DNA from: Octopus sinensis
Taxonomy: Eukaryota
Direction: 5' to 3'
Assembly (NCBI RefSeq): GCF_006345805.1
Contig: NC_043019.1
Location: forward strand, 7,129,360 to 7,193,359
DNA length: 64,000 nucleotides
Part shown: piece after piece, positions 1 to 13,887 of the stretch
Position numbering within the stretch: position 1 is the stretch's first letter
Layout of the letters: every line of letters begins with the position of its first letter
Notes under the pieces: generated by a model
The model's input: the letters and a program-made list of their open reading frames with translations, nothing else
Told to the model about the DNA's origin: nothing
The model's database searches: none
Translations under genes and position numbers: made by a program

Positions 1-444
1 ACGGAGGAGAAAAATAACTAGAGAAAAACTAAACGTGTCTCGGTAAAAGCATACGCAGGTATATATCGGATGCATAAAAAAGATTATAAAGCAAATAAGT
101 AGGTGTGTAAGAATTATTATTGCCTCCTATAATACGACATATATCCAAACAGTTTCTCTTGTAAACGAGATATATCGATACATCAATGCACATTGTCAAA
201 TGTAACGGAAGCTGCGTTGATAAATTAAGATTGAAGACGGTGCAGCCTCTCACAGATATTGTAGATATGTTTGTCAGAACTTATAGAAAACTAAAACTAG
301 ATAGCATACAAAACAATAGATTCCAGCATATATATATATATATATAATTATATATATATATATATATATACGTATGTATATATATATATATATATATATG
401 ATATGTATATATAATATATATATGTATATTATATATATGTATGC

Positions 445-515
<71 letters not shown>

Positions 516-523
516 TATATATA

Positions 524-573
<50 letters not shown>

Positions 574-1029
574 CATGAATACATGCATATATATGTGTAC
601 ATATACATATATATGTACACACATATATATATATATGCATGCATGTATATATGTATGAATAGCTGTTATATATAAATGTTTATTGTTCTTTATGTTTGCT
701 AGTGGGTGTTTGTTGACGGGGTATCACTAGAATTTATGTGTAGGTAAGCTACTACAGTATATATGACCTGAAGTGTAAACATGTGAGTGGTCGTCACACA
801 TTCCCACTGTGAAGCTCATAGCGGGAAAATATTTTTGGTCATATTCGTCTACTTACATCGTCTGTCTGTGAATGTAGGTAAGCCGGTGTTTGTGTGCGCA
901 AGTGTGAGTTTGTCCCTGTATACATACATATACATATATATACATATATATGCGTGTGTGTATTATTATACATAGGAAGAGGAAACTAGACATATATGCA
1001 TTCTTTTTAGAATTAAGAAATTGCTGAAG

Positions 1030-1060
<31 letters not shown>

Positions 1061-1175
1061 TAGCTAGATAGATAGATAGATAGATATATAGATATAGATA
1101 TATACACACATATATATGTATATATATATACATAAATATATATACATATATATACATATATACATATGTATATCT

Positions 1176-1290
1176 GGCAACGGGAAACTCAGAGTAACAG
1201 GTTTTATTGAATTTTCTGCTGCTTTAAATAAAGCATATTACTCTACCACTGGTATTTGAGTACTCTTTTTTCCACTTGTTCACATTTATG
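1176..1290. repeat. Short interspersed repeat embedded in (TA)n; inverted relative of 52248-52310
   Basis: GAAACTCAGAGTAACAGGTTTTATTGAATTTTCTGCTGCTTTAAATAAAG is the near reverse complement of CTTTATTTAAAGCAGCAGAAAATTTAACAAAACCTGTTACTCTGAGTTTC at about 52248-52297. Both copies directly abut TA tracts. Confidence 0.7.
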
Positions 1291-1330
1291 TATTTACTCC
1301 GGTATATATATATATATGTATATATATATA

Positions 1331-1404
<74 letters not shown>

Positions 1405-1728
1405 TAGATATGTTTGTGCATGTGTATATGATGTACGCACACAGACCCAGACAATCACGAAACACGGACATATAAGGAATTGGTAAGTAGTTGAACGGAC
1501 GCGAATACTTCGTACTTATTACTGTCTTATACTGCAACACATTCGACCATCTCATACATTGAGGGACATGCTAAACTCAACTAAACGAATTACTAAGTAT
1601 TGATACATATACACATATCTACACACTCACACATACACACACACACTCATATATATATATTATATATACATATATATATATATAGTACCCGTACCCAGGC
1701 ACATATATATATGTATATATGTAAATAT

Positions 1729-1814
<86 letters not shown>

Positions 1815-2457
1815 TAAGTTATATATATGAATATATGCATCTGCGTAACTTAATGTGTTTTACTATACACATATGAAGATGTCGGTGCGTCCGTATCTTA
1901 GTGCGTAATATATAACCAATATGCAATATCAGACCCATGTTCCGCATTGTGAATATTGTCAAGCGTTTCCTTTTGTCTGAATTGTGACATGTTGATATCA
2001 TCGTATATTATTTATAATATTTGCATAAATATTTGCACGCCATTGTTTATTTCATATTCTTTTTTTTTTCTCATTTTGTTTTTTTTTTCTTTCATCCTTT
2101 GTTATTTTCATTATATGATATCACATGTTATCATCCATTAATATTTTCTATTATATTCTCCTAAGAATGATAATTCTACTTCGTATGAGAATCAATTTTA
2201 TACGCTCTGAATGTTAGATCTCATTTATTTGGACCTCGTTTTTTCCTCATATGTCTCTCTTTCTCTCTCTCTCCGTCTCATTCTGTCGCATTCTCTATTA
2301 ATGTTACTATCTACCTATCTCTCACTATTCCTCTGCCCCTCACTTTCTCTTTCTCTCTCTCATTCTATATATATTATATATATATATATATATAATATAT
2401 AAATAAATTTATATATGTATGTATGTTTAACTATGTATATGTATATCTGTATATATA

Positions 2458-2488
<31 letters not shown>

Positions 2489-2590
2489 ATATATTATATA
2501 TATATATATATATTATACACATATACATTATGTATATGTATGCCTATATCTATAAAAATATGTGTATATAGATATAGATATATCTATATC

Positions 2591-2633
<43 letters not shown>

Positions 2634-2667
2634 GCTCTATCTATCTATATATATATCGGTCTCGGTA

Positions 2668-2707
<40 letters not shown>

Positions 2708-3178
2708 TATACATACATATATAAGACACGCATGTGTGTATATACAAACACAGATATATATACAACTAAATATATTCATATATAATTCAATCCTATTTTC
2801 ATATGTTCTTTGATGCATTGTCACGGGTTGAAAACCTTGTTAGTTCGCTTAGAAATTTCATTCGAATTTGTTTTAACTATGTACATCCATGTATGCCTGT
2901 ATATATAAGTTCGTATATTACGTATATATATATATATGTGTGCGTATAAATATATATATACACACACATACATAAGTGTGTGTCTGTGTGTATGTGTTTG
3001 TGCGTTTGAATATATATGCTTATACAACGGATGGGAAAGGGACCGTGAATTATCTTATAACCTGATTTGATAGAGAATATAATCTGGATCTATGTAGCTT
3101 AGAGAAAACAAGGAAACGTTTATACATATATCCCTATATACATACCTACATATATACATATATATATATATATTCATA

Positions 3179-3216
<38 letters not shown>

Positions 3217-3261
3217 CTTATATATTTTATATATAATAAAGTTATATATATATATACATAT

Positions 3262-3310
<49 letters not shown>

Positions 3311-3564
3311 GATAGATAGATGGATAGATAAATAGATAGATAGATAGATGGATAGATAGATACACATATTTTGTATGTATATATATATATATATATAATA
3401 TATATGTATACTTATACTTACACAAACTCAAATACACATAGGCACACATATATACACATATATATATGTATATATGTTATATATATGTGTGTCTACGTAT
3501 ATATATATATATGCATTCGTGCGTGTGTGTTTGACACCATGAAGCAGAAGAGGATGAGAGAAAT

Positions 3565-3613
<49 letters not shown>

Positions 3614-3879
3614 CGTAGAGAAACAGACAGACAGGCACACGGACAGACACAGGAACATACAGACAGATAGAGAGACAGACCGAGATTGACAGAGAAAGTG
3701 ATAAATAACGTCTCGGGCGCACACGTTTTGAAAGATGGCGAATCTTTGCCGCTGTATAAAATATATTTTATGTCTTGTATCAAAGATTCCGTTTTATTTG
3801 ACTGGAAACCAGGACCGATGCTCATAACATTCTCGTTGGCTTTCCATTTATTGTTCTTGTTCTGTTCGACATTTGGTTT

Positions 3880-4378
3880 TGTAGTTGCAGTTGTTGTTGT
3901 TGTTGCTGGTCGGAGCCTTTTGTTATTGATCTATTGACGTTGTTGTTCATGTTGATACCACTGTTGATATTGACGTTGGTTGTTGCTGTTGTTGTTGTCG
4001 TCGTCGTCGTCGCTAGGCAGCTTCCTCGCGCTTGAACGGTCTGCCGAAGTTAATTCTAGATCTACGCCAGCGTCTTGATAGGTGGAATGATACTCCAAAT
4101 ATTGCAGTCCTTGTCGTAATCTAGTAGTAGTAGTAGAAGTAGTAGTGGTAGTAGTAGTAGTAGTAGTAGTATTGTGTTGTTGTTGTTGTTGTTTTTGTTG
4201 TTGTAGTAGTTGTGGTAGTAGTAATAATAGTAGTAGTATTAGTAGTAGTAGTAGTAGTAGTAGTAGTTATAGTAGTAGTAGTAGTAGTAGTGGCGGTGGT
4301 TGTGGTGGTGGTGGTGGTCGTCGTATTGGTGTTATAGTAGTTGAAATGTAGCAGAAATGATTGTTGTGTTTGTAGTAG

Positions 4379-4415
<37 letters not shown>

Positions 4416-4512
4416 CATTATTATTATTATCATTATTATTATTATCCTTATTATGATTATTATTATTATTATTGTTGTTGTTGTTGTTGCTGTTGTTGTT
4501 GTTGTTGTTGTT
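3880..4512. repeat. Compound triplet microsatellite (GTT/GTC, GTA, GGT, ATT, GTT)
   Basis: Successive in-register triplet runs seen directly in the sequence. Confidence 0.9.
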
Positions 4513-4583
4513 CACTGCTTGAAACCGAATTCGGAATCTTGTGATTAATAACCCGCGCTCTTAACCGCTACGCCATATGCCCG
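4512..4583 (-). mobile_element. tRNA-derived SINE head fragment
   Basis: Minus strand reads GGGCATATGGCGTAGCGGTTAAGAGCGCGGG (Pol III A-box-like). A near-identical head occurs at about 49760-49805. Confidence 0.55.
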
Positions 4584-4892
4584 AGATTTCATATCAAGAT
4601 AACCAGCACATGACCTTGCAGGTGGGGCCCAGGTAGAATTTTTTTTTCAAATCGAGTAGCCTATCCCGCTCCAAATGTCCCTGATTAAGCGTTGTTTAAG
4701 GATGTTGAGCCAAACACCCATGTTCCCACAGGTTGATTATTCAAGCCCCAAAGAAATGCTCTCAACACATGGCTATGGTGCTCCTCCACAACTTCTGCAC
4801 ATATTTGCTCTGGCCCATCTTTTATACCAAGACAAAACAATCAGTCAAGGTGAGATGTTATGAGAGCCAATGTCAGGTGCTGCATCAGGTGA

Positions 4893-5669
<777 letters not shown>

Positions 5670-5670
<1 letters not shown>

Positions 5671-6412
5671 GAAAATTCACAGCTTTATTTTGCTGGGTAT
5701 GATGGAAAGTGTCAGCTGTCCACAGCCAGCAACTAAGGTGACACTTGTTTACTGTTCATGCTTCCAGAACTCTACGAAGAACTCTTGCAGTTCGAAACAA
5801 CTCTGATTTTTTTGGTCTTCTACCTTCACACTTGCACCGATCTTTATCAGCCATTTTGGTAGTTGAGTGCTGATACTTCCAAGTGCACCAATTACTATTG
5901 GTGCTATTCGTATCACTTCTACTCTCTTCATTGACCACAACATTTGTATTTCCCACATTAAATCGTCATAGTCGTTTATTTTTTCTTCTTCTTCCACATT
6001 GATCCTGTTTTCACTGGGGCATGCTATGTCGATTATCATGCATGTTCTTTCTCTTTTTATTCACCACAACAATGTCCGGTTTCCGATGTCTGGTCGAGTG
6101 GTCACATTGGATCGTTGCATCCCACAGGATTTTGCAATTCCCATTTTCGGTGACTCCCTCTGGAGTTTGTTCACACTACCTATTTACTCTTTGTAGGCTA
6201 TGATTTCCACAGAGATCTGAATAGATCATTGTTGCCACATTGTCATGGCCTCTTTTTTTTCGCCCTGTGCCAATTTCGAGCTTTCGATAACGATGTGCCA
6301 TACCGTTTCATCCCTCTCGCCACATTTTCTGCACATGTCGCTATGGGCAGTATTGTCTATTCTTCACTTCATATAGCTGGTCCTTAATGCTTGTTCCTGA
6401 GCTGTGCATATG
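5670..6412 (-). mobile_element. RLE-type (R4/Dong-like) non-LTR retrotransposon, 3' fragment, decayed
   Basis: Across frameshifts the minus strand gives AQEQALRTSYMK, the zinc knuckle CRKCGERDETVWHIV, KPDIVVVNKKERTCMIIDIACPSENRINV (PD-D/ExK endonuclease), PIVIGALG and C-terminal TARVLRRVLEA* (stop 5756-5758). These are followed by a short 3'UTR with AATAAA (5684-5689) and a (TAA)n tail. Confidence 0.9.
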
Positions 6413-6903
6413 AGAGAGAAAGAGAGAGAGAGGGTGACAAAGGTATAGATTGAGACAGAGAGAGATAGAGAGAGTGGCAGAGACAAAGAGAAGCAGAGGC
6501 TTTGGGTATGTCTGGTGTGGGGTTGGCGTTTGTTAATAATAAGTGTGAGGGTGAAGTGTTGATGAATCAGAGCAGAGAGAAAATAGTGAATGGTCAAAAC
6601 AAGATAATTGATTGAGGGTGAGGTTGGGAGGTGGCGGGAGTTTTTAAGGAGTGTTTTATGAAGGGCTTGTGAAAATGTCCTCCTGTTGGCTCCATTTCAA
6701 TAGTTCACATTTGGCGGAATATATAATGGTCAGATGTTTTTCCAAATTCTCTTATGGTTGAATCAACTATCTTAATTTTATGAGGAGAAGCTTCAGTGAT
6801 TTTTCAGTTAAAGATGGGTCATTTTTTTTGGTGGTGGAGGGCGGTGTTAATGAGGTGTAAGATACATGTCTTTTGATAGGAAGGAAATGAAAATAGAGAA
6901 AGA

Positions 6904-6969
<66 letters not shown>

Positions 6970-6989
6970 GGACAAAAACATCAGGTCAG

Positions 6990-7330
6990 ACTTGGAACGA
7001 TTCTTGATAGAAACGTATTTTTTATATTTATATCTTGGCTTGAGATCATGGCGATCTTTTCCTTTGAGGCAAGTTCGGTTTTTTCAAGTGAATATAGATA
7101 CATTCAACGAAGTTCTAGTCGTAACTATCCCATCTTTTATTCAGACTCAATATGCCAGGAAGTACAACATCTGTTTGGGTCCTTTCATATTTGAAAACGA
7201 AGTGCAACTTCATGAATATTCGTCTGCTATTTCTTGCCTGTCGATAGGCCATCTGGTTGTGCAAAACCTTCGACATTTGTCGACGTAGTATTCTCCTAAT
7301 TGACTCTTGGTGGCTGCGCTCGAGCTTGTG
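6990..7330 (-). mobile_element. Penelope-like element GIY-YIG endonuclease remnant
   Basis: Frameshifted minus-strand peptides GEYYVDKCRRFCTTR (YVG-like motif) and VECIYIHLKKPNL / GKDRHDLKPRY resemble the C-terminus of PLE GIY-YIG domains. Recognised by eye only. Confidence 0.45.
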
Positions 7331-8031
7331 TGTAAGCGTGTGTTTTCACATACACATACAGATGTATATATAAACTACACACATACACACATATACATAT
7401 GTGTGTATATATATAAATATATATATATACATATATACATATATATATATATGTATACATATGTACTTATATATATATATATGTGTGTGTATGTGTGTAT
7501 GTGTGTATATGTGTGTGTTTATGTGTATATTTATATGTGCATGTGTGGGTGTGAGTGTTATGAACTCGATATTTGGCAGTATCTGAGCACACAGCAATTT
7601 AGAGATAATGAAGATAAGGTTCGTTTAGGATGTTTGAAACGTCTGTCATAACATCAGATGTTTAAGTGGTCAGAGTATCAAATAGCAAACACACACGCGC
7701 ACACACAGACACACGCGAACTCACACAGATACACACAAACATGCACATATACACACGCAAGCTTACATTTGTGTTGTGGTTGTGTGTGGCTGTATTACAG
7801 AGATAAACATCTCCGTGTTGTCATGTCGGATAAAAACATATCCGAGAATAATTATTTCAATCATTCCTTGCCCCGAGTTTTACCAAACTTGTTGGAAAAT
7901 ACCATAGAAACATCCATATGTATGTATATCCACAGAATACACACATATGCGTAGACAAATATACATACACTTGCAGACGTATTGATACGTGCATAAACCC
8001 ATATATAAAAGCATAAATGCATGTATATATG

Positions 8032-8084
<53 letters not shown>

Positions 8085-8113
8085 GTATATATATGTCAGT
8101 ATGTATGTATATA

Positions 8114-8144
<31 letters not shown>

Positions 8145-8401
8145 AAATTATGCCTGTAACTCAAAATATATGTATATATATATGTAAGTATGTATGTATA
8201 TATATATATATATATAATATATATATAAAATTATGCCTGTAACTCAAAATGTATAAATGTACGTATATTAATATAGATGTATATGTATATATATATATAT
8301 GTGTGTGTGTGAAACAGATCGGTACATACGTTTATATGTTTCTGATATGTACACACACACACATACACGCACACACACTCACACGCACACACACACACAC
8401 A

Positions 8402-8468
<67 letters not shown>

Positions 8469-10379
8469 GCAGATTCCTGCATGCGTTTATGTATGCGTAA
8501 GACTGTGTGTGCGCGTATGGAATCACATGTTTACAATTTAATTAATAAGAACCGATAAAACACTCCCATGAATCAATAAGCCTGTTTAGACAAGCAAACA
8601 TAAAATGGAAACATAAAAACAAAACGCAAGAACAAAAAAAAACATACAAATAAAAGAATCAATTATTAAAAAAGTTTGAGTAAAAATAAATGCGTATTAT
8701 AAAAAAATTACATGAAGAAAATAAAATTTTCAAAAGCAAAATAAGGAATGAAATAAAATAAAATAAAATAAGAGGAATACTTTCGCGACTCCTTATGGTA
8801 AAACCATAAAATGTATTCACTAAACTTTCTGAACCAATTAGTAGCCAATCATAATTGCACATCTTAAAATTTCCACTATCGAATTACAATAAATTATTAT
8901 TCCGAAATAATATCGTTAGCAAAAGAGCATTCGAGGGAGCGCTTGCTTTCCTCATATCGTAAAGTACAAGTATGTCGTCAGTTTTAAAATGCTAGGGCTC
9001 ATTAAATCTGTGCGTGTTAACCCTTCTTCTCCTGGGTTCTACTTGTTTTTAAATTTTAGTCCTAAACACACATAGATAAAAAAGGGCGCATTTAATTTAT
9101 TTTTAAGATGTAAAATTAAAAGAATGCTTAATAACAGTGTTTGCAATTTCTTCACAGAGAAAAACTGCGCATAAATATAATAGCGAAAAATCTTAAGTTA
9201 TGGTAATTAATATAAACGGAAAACAAGAAATCTGGGGTCGTAACCGATGCATAAAGTCTTCGTAGTTATCATCGAAGTATTACATTCAATCGCAAATAAA
9301 AATTTATAAAGAATAATATTAAGTAGAATGATTTTCTTCTTAAGAGAAACATGGGTACAACTCCTGGAAAATATGTCCTCCTTAGAATTACGTATAGCCT
9401 TAGATATGTACCTCAGACCTAAAACATTATTGGCGGTTAGTATGCGCAAAATGATAGCAATAGAAAGCAGTATTGTGCAAGAAATAATTAAACTGGCGCT
9501 AACAGAAATGGCAGCAACAATAGTTTCACACACACACACACACACTCCTGCCCACACATATTAATCGTTGTACATTTTGTATCAGAAGTCCGCTGTGAAT
9601 GTAAGTTATTGGTTGCTTTTGTTCAGCATTTATTTCTTTTCCCCTGGTCAATACACGTCTCTTTGTATAATTTAGTTTTCAAAATTCTATTTCAATTCGA
9701 AATCAATCTTCTTTTTCTCTGATCGTGTCTGTTTAGGAAAAGAAAAGACAAAATGAAGAAAAGAAACAAAGCAAAACAAATCCTATGTTGAACGTTTTAT
9801 GTTCTAATGCCGGGTAAATAGATCTGCTGTGAAGATAGTATCAAATCTTCCAGACAAGAGACTTTATTAATCAATTAAGAATTTCGATTTAGATAATTTC
9901 GAAGATCTGGGAATCTAACAAATGACGGCTGCGAGTGTACAAAGACCATTACTACAAAGACATGGAGGATAATTGAAGGAATTAAAAGATTTTTGACTGG
10001 AAAACCAAGGCTGATTCTTAATTACATCTGCATAGATATTGAAATAAACAAGTCAATAATGTAGAACATCGTTTTAGTTTGTGAAATTTGATGCAGGGCA
10101 ACGAATCTCAAGCGAAGAACATACACTCGATACTGTTGTCTCACTGTCTGAAATGTATAAAAACGATGTACAATGTTTCTGTCACCCTCCAAGAAAAAGT
10201 CTTCTAAATTACTATCAAATTTATGGAGACAGTTTCAAAATTGGAAGCTCTCATAGAACAATGTTACTTATAAATAACAGAATACATAATACAAAAAGTC
10301 TGGCGTTCATATTTCATATGTTTTTAATGATAGCTGTTTCTCTAGTTTGGTCTTTTCAGCCAAGTTATTCTATTTTAAT

Positions 10380-10633
10380 GTGTCTGGGGAGAGTCATTTT
10401 CTTTCTGTGCCTTATTATGTAACACACTCACTGGTAAAATTTCCACGGTTTTCTTATATAAAAATAAAAAAGAAATAAATAAGAAACATTAAAGAAACGT
10501 GGAAATTTTATCGGTGAGTGTGTTACATAATAAGGCACAAAACGAAAATGACTCTCCCCAGACACAATAGAATATGCTTCAACACACGAACTCATATAAA
10601 GACTCTTGCAAACCAAATTCACAAACGAAATAT
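10380..10633. mobile_element. Foldback (MITE-like) element with one-sided tail, copy 1
   Basis: About 68-bp inverted arms (10380-10447 vs 10498-10565) around an A-rich spacer, plus a ~70-bp 3' extension. A homologous copy lies at 26587-26852. Confidence 0.75.
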
Positions 10634-10914
10634 CCTATTTTAAAACTTCTTAAAACATTCTGTGTATGAATGAATTGTTAGAGATGTAGTTCTTCTGCTA
10701 TAGCAATTCCTGGAGTTATTTAACATGAATGATGAATTTGCGAAGTCTAGTTAATGTTTCCAAGAGATGCTTGCTAGTTTGAAATGCACTTAACTCTCAG
10801 GATGTGTCTTGCTATAAGGTAGGTACTAAATCATATTGCATACTTTTTTTTATATTTATTTCAGATTTTAGTGTATGTTGCGCATCTTATATGATCATCG
10901 CAGAGAAGGCACAT

Positions 10915-11045
10915 AGATTATTGGATAGGATATACGGCTCACAATCGTAAGATCGTGTGCTCGATTCTGGGCAACTAGTTGTGTTTTTGAGAAAGACACT
11001 TTATTTCACATTGGTCTAGCCCACTAAGATAGCAAAATGAGTAGT
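10915..11045 (+). mobile_element. Degraded SINE (relative of 24606-24861)
   Basis: CACAATCGTAAGATCGTGTGCTCGATTC...TTGTGTTTTTGAGAAAGACACTTTATTTCAC resembles the head and core of the 24606-24861 SINE. Confidence 0.45.
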
Positions 11046-11850
11046 TATTTTATTACAAAGGGGTAACCTTCTCACAGTCTATATCACGCTGAATCTCCCT
11101 ATGGGTACGCATCCCTGTTGGGTACCCAGCCACAAGCGCTTTAATTTCACGATCAGACGATTCCATTGATCGAATCAGCTGGAACTATCGTCGTAGTAAT
11201 CGACGGAGTGCAATTTTTATTTTCTCTTTTTATATGATCATCCCAGTATTCGTAAAATTGGAATGCATTTTTGTAAAATATTTCTTTTGGAATCGCTACT
11301 GCATTAATGAAAATTGTCTTCGTCCGATCTTGTAAGCAATTGACGAGTCCCATTTGAATCGGTATGAACAATAAAAAGACCCTTTAATGTATTTAGTGAA
11401 TCCTTGTGGTCCACGAATATCTTTATGGAACGAAGCCGCGGGTTTCATTGCTGTATTGTCTCAAGCCTGGTCTTCGATGACATGGTCTGTAGAGATTTGG
11501 CATAAATGCAGATAATAGTGTAATGATGGTACTCTATTCTGCGCATTAGTTATTCCATTATCGATCTGGAAATGATCTGGTCGGAGCCGGATTATTAAAA
11601 CTTCAATATCTCCATTTCTATTTTTGTGTATTTGAAGGAGATTTTGTCCAAGCTAATCTGCTTTTCACAACTGAGAACGCTTCGAATATATGGTGTCTGT
11701 CTGTCTGTCAATCTGTCTGTTTGTACGTCTGTCTGTCTGTCTGCCTGGCTGTCTCTGTTTCTCTCACACTCACATTCACTCACTCTCCGCTCTATCTCTA
11801 TGCATATATATGTATATATGTATTTAGGCATATATATATATGTATCTATG

Positions 11851-11881
<31 letters not shown>

Positions 11882-11926
11882 TATTAATGTATATATGCAT
11901 TTGTGCATACATAGATATTGTTTATA

Positions 11927-11982
<56 letters not shown>

Positions 11983-12651
11983 CACGTCTGTGTGTGTGTA
12001 TATGTGCGTGTATAAGTGTGCACGTGTGTGGCTGTATAATACAGAGTAATAATTCAAAGTGGTCAATGAGATATATATCAATAATCAAGATATTGAAGGC
12101 TATACTAAATGCCATACCAGATTAATTACCAGATAACGAGATTGTCAACGCGACTTGGAAAGATAAATAAGAGCCTAGTGTTAATTCACTAACGCTGAAT
12201 GGACACGGAGATATAATATTAAATGTTTCATATTAATTACACCCTTAAAGAGAAATGGTCACTGTTCTTTTCTGGAAACAAGAATGATTGATGCGATAGT
12301 TAAACACGTTTCTACCTCAACAGACGTCATCTGCACAACGATACACTGAATTCAATCCACTTAATCATGACACTTGCGCATAAAGAAAAAGAAATTTGAT
12401 CTCTCTCAACATACTTCGCTTAATTGAAAAAAGAAGAAGCAGTAATATGAAATGAAATAATTACAAATAATGTAATAATGACAACAAAAATTGTAATTAT
12501 ACGCATAGAAACCCACTTTCATACATGGGCACGTATTTCTATAGATACAGGTTTTGTGTAAGAATTCCAATGTGAGAGCAAGATGTTGATTCTAAGATGA
12601 CATCGAAGAGAAATAAATAAATCAATTGTGAAATATTAATGTACTTACAAC

Positions 12652-13000
12652 GTAAAGTATACTAGCCATCTCAATATGGCTAACCACTAAGGGTGGGTGT
12701 TACTGTAGCTTTTAGCCCCAGGAGATCATCGTCTCCAGCTGGCTTTAGGCACACTTTCTGTGCACTTATGATATTTTCAAAGGGAGGTCATCCCTCTCTC
12801 GTAAACCTAAGGGATACACACGGACTGCAATTTCGAGGTATTTGCCTCTTGTCAACGTACGGTAATCACCTTTGCAAACACTATAAGGGCACAGAAAGTG
12901 TGCCTAAAGCCACCTGCAGACGATGATCTCCTGGGGCTAAAAGCTACAGTAACACCCACACTTAGTGGTTAGCCATATTGAGATGGCTAGTATATTTTAC
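12652..13000. mobile_element. 349-bp MITE with ~120-bp terminal inverted repeats
   Basis: Left end GTAAAGTATACTAGCCATCTCAATATGGCTAACCACTAAG... is near-perfectly complementary to right end ...CTTAGTGGTTAGCCATATTGAGATGGCTAGTATATTTTAC. A 12-bp direct repeat AATGTACTTACA lies at 12638-12649 and 13001-13012. Confidence 0.85.
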
Positions 13001-13089
13001 AATGTACTTACAGTTATATGTAAATATAGAATACACGCGCGCGCACACATATGTATACACACACACACATATATAAAAATATATATATA

Positions 13090-13428
13090 AGGCTCAAGTG
13101 TGGCTGTGTGGTATGTAGCTTGTTTCCCTATCACATGGTTGCGGGTTCAGTCATAGTATGTGGTACCTTGGGCAAATGTCTTCTACTATATCCTCGCGCC
13201 CAGCATAGCCTTGAGAGCGGATTTGGTGGATGGAAACTGAAAGAAACCCGTCGAATATATATAAATATATGGGTGTGTGTGTGTGTGTTTGTCCCCCACC
13301 CCCAACCGATTCTGGCTTGTTACCGATAGAATAAGTAATACAAAGAATAAACCTGGGGTCGATTTGTTAGACTAAAGGCGGTGCTCCAGCATGGCCGCAG
13401 TCAAATGACTGAAACAAGCAAAAGAATA
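13090..13428 (+). mobile_element. tRNA-derived SINE, family A (diverged, near full length)
   Basis: Head GTGGCTGTGTGGTATGTAGCTTG...GCGGGTTCAGTC, central GGATTTGGTGGATGGAAACTGAAAGAAACCCGTCG and tail GGCGGTGCTCCAGCATGGCCGCAGTCAAATGACTGAAACAAG. Homologous to 50161-50575 and 58607-58996. Confidence 0.85.
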
Positions 13429-13850
13429 AAATAATAATAATAACAATAAACCTGAAGATGGGTTTAGTAGTAATCGTTATTTTGTATAACGTTCGTTTCG
13501 ATCCATCCTTCAATCAACATGTTATGCTGTAGCAATTTTCCAGTCCAAGTTTCATCAGGTACATCTATACATAGAGGTTCGCCTGTCGCTAAAACTCTTG
13601 AGTTTTGGCTGTCATGTTGTTATATGCCCGTCATACTCTTATGTGCCTGTCTGTTTAGGGAATGAGGAAAAGGTTTCAATATTATCTTTTATCAATTAGA
13701 GAGGCAAACACATGTAAAATTGAGCAAATACTTGTTGATAAAACAGAACAAAAAATGGGTTCGTAGAGAAAGTAAATTGATGTAAGGGATGGGCTAAGGT
13801 ATATTGGGTTTAAGACAGAGGAATTGTATTAGAATAAAGAAAGAATATAT

Positions 13851-13886
<36 letters not shown>

Positions 13887-13887
13887 G

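Noticed and set aside
8143-8250. Small local duplications (83-bp period here; 36-bp at 49575-49646)
   Set aside because: Ordinary slippage duplications with no further structure.
10819-10864. Intron with AG|GTAGGT donor and TTTATTTCAG acceptor
   Set aside because: It is only 46 nt and the flanks have no convincing reading frame.
11153-11600. Protein-like minus-strand ORF (QDRTKTIFINAVAIPKEIFYKNAFQFYEYWDDH)
   Set aside because: Short, frameshifted from upstream, no clear splice sites and no family recognised. A tblastx search would be needed.
13500-13680. Penelope C-terminus plus hammerhead (CTGATGA on the minus strand near 13550)
   Set aside because: The core is present but stem II and stem I do not pair, and the peptide resemblance is too weak.
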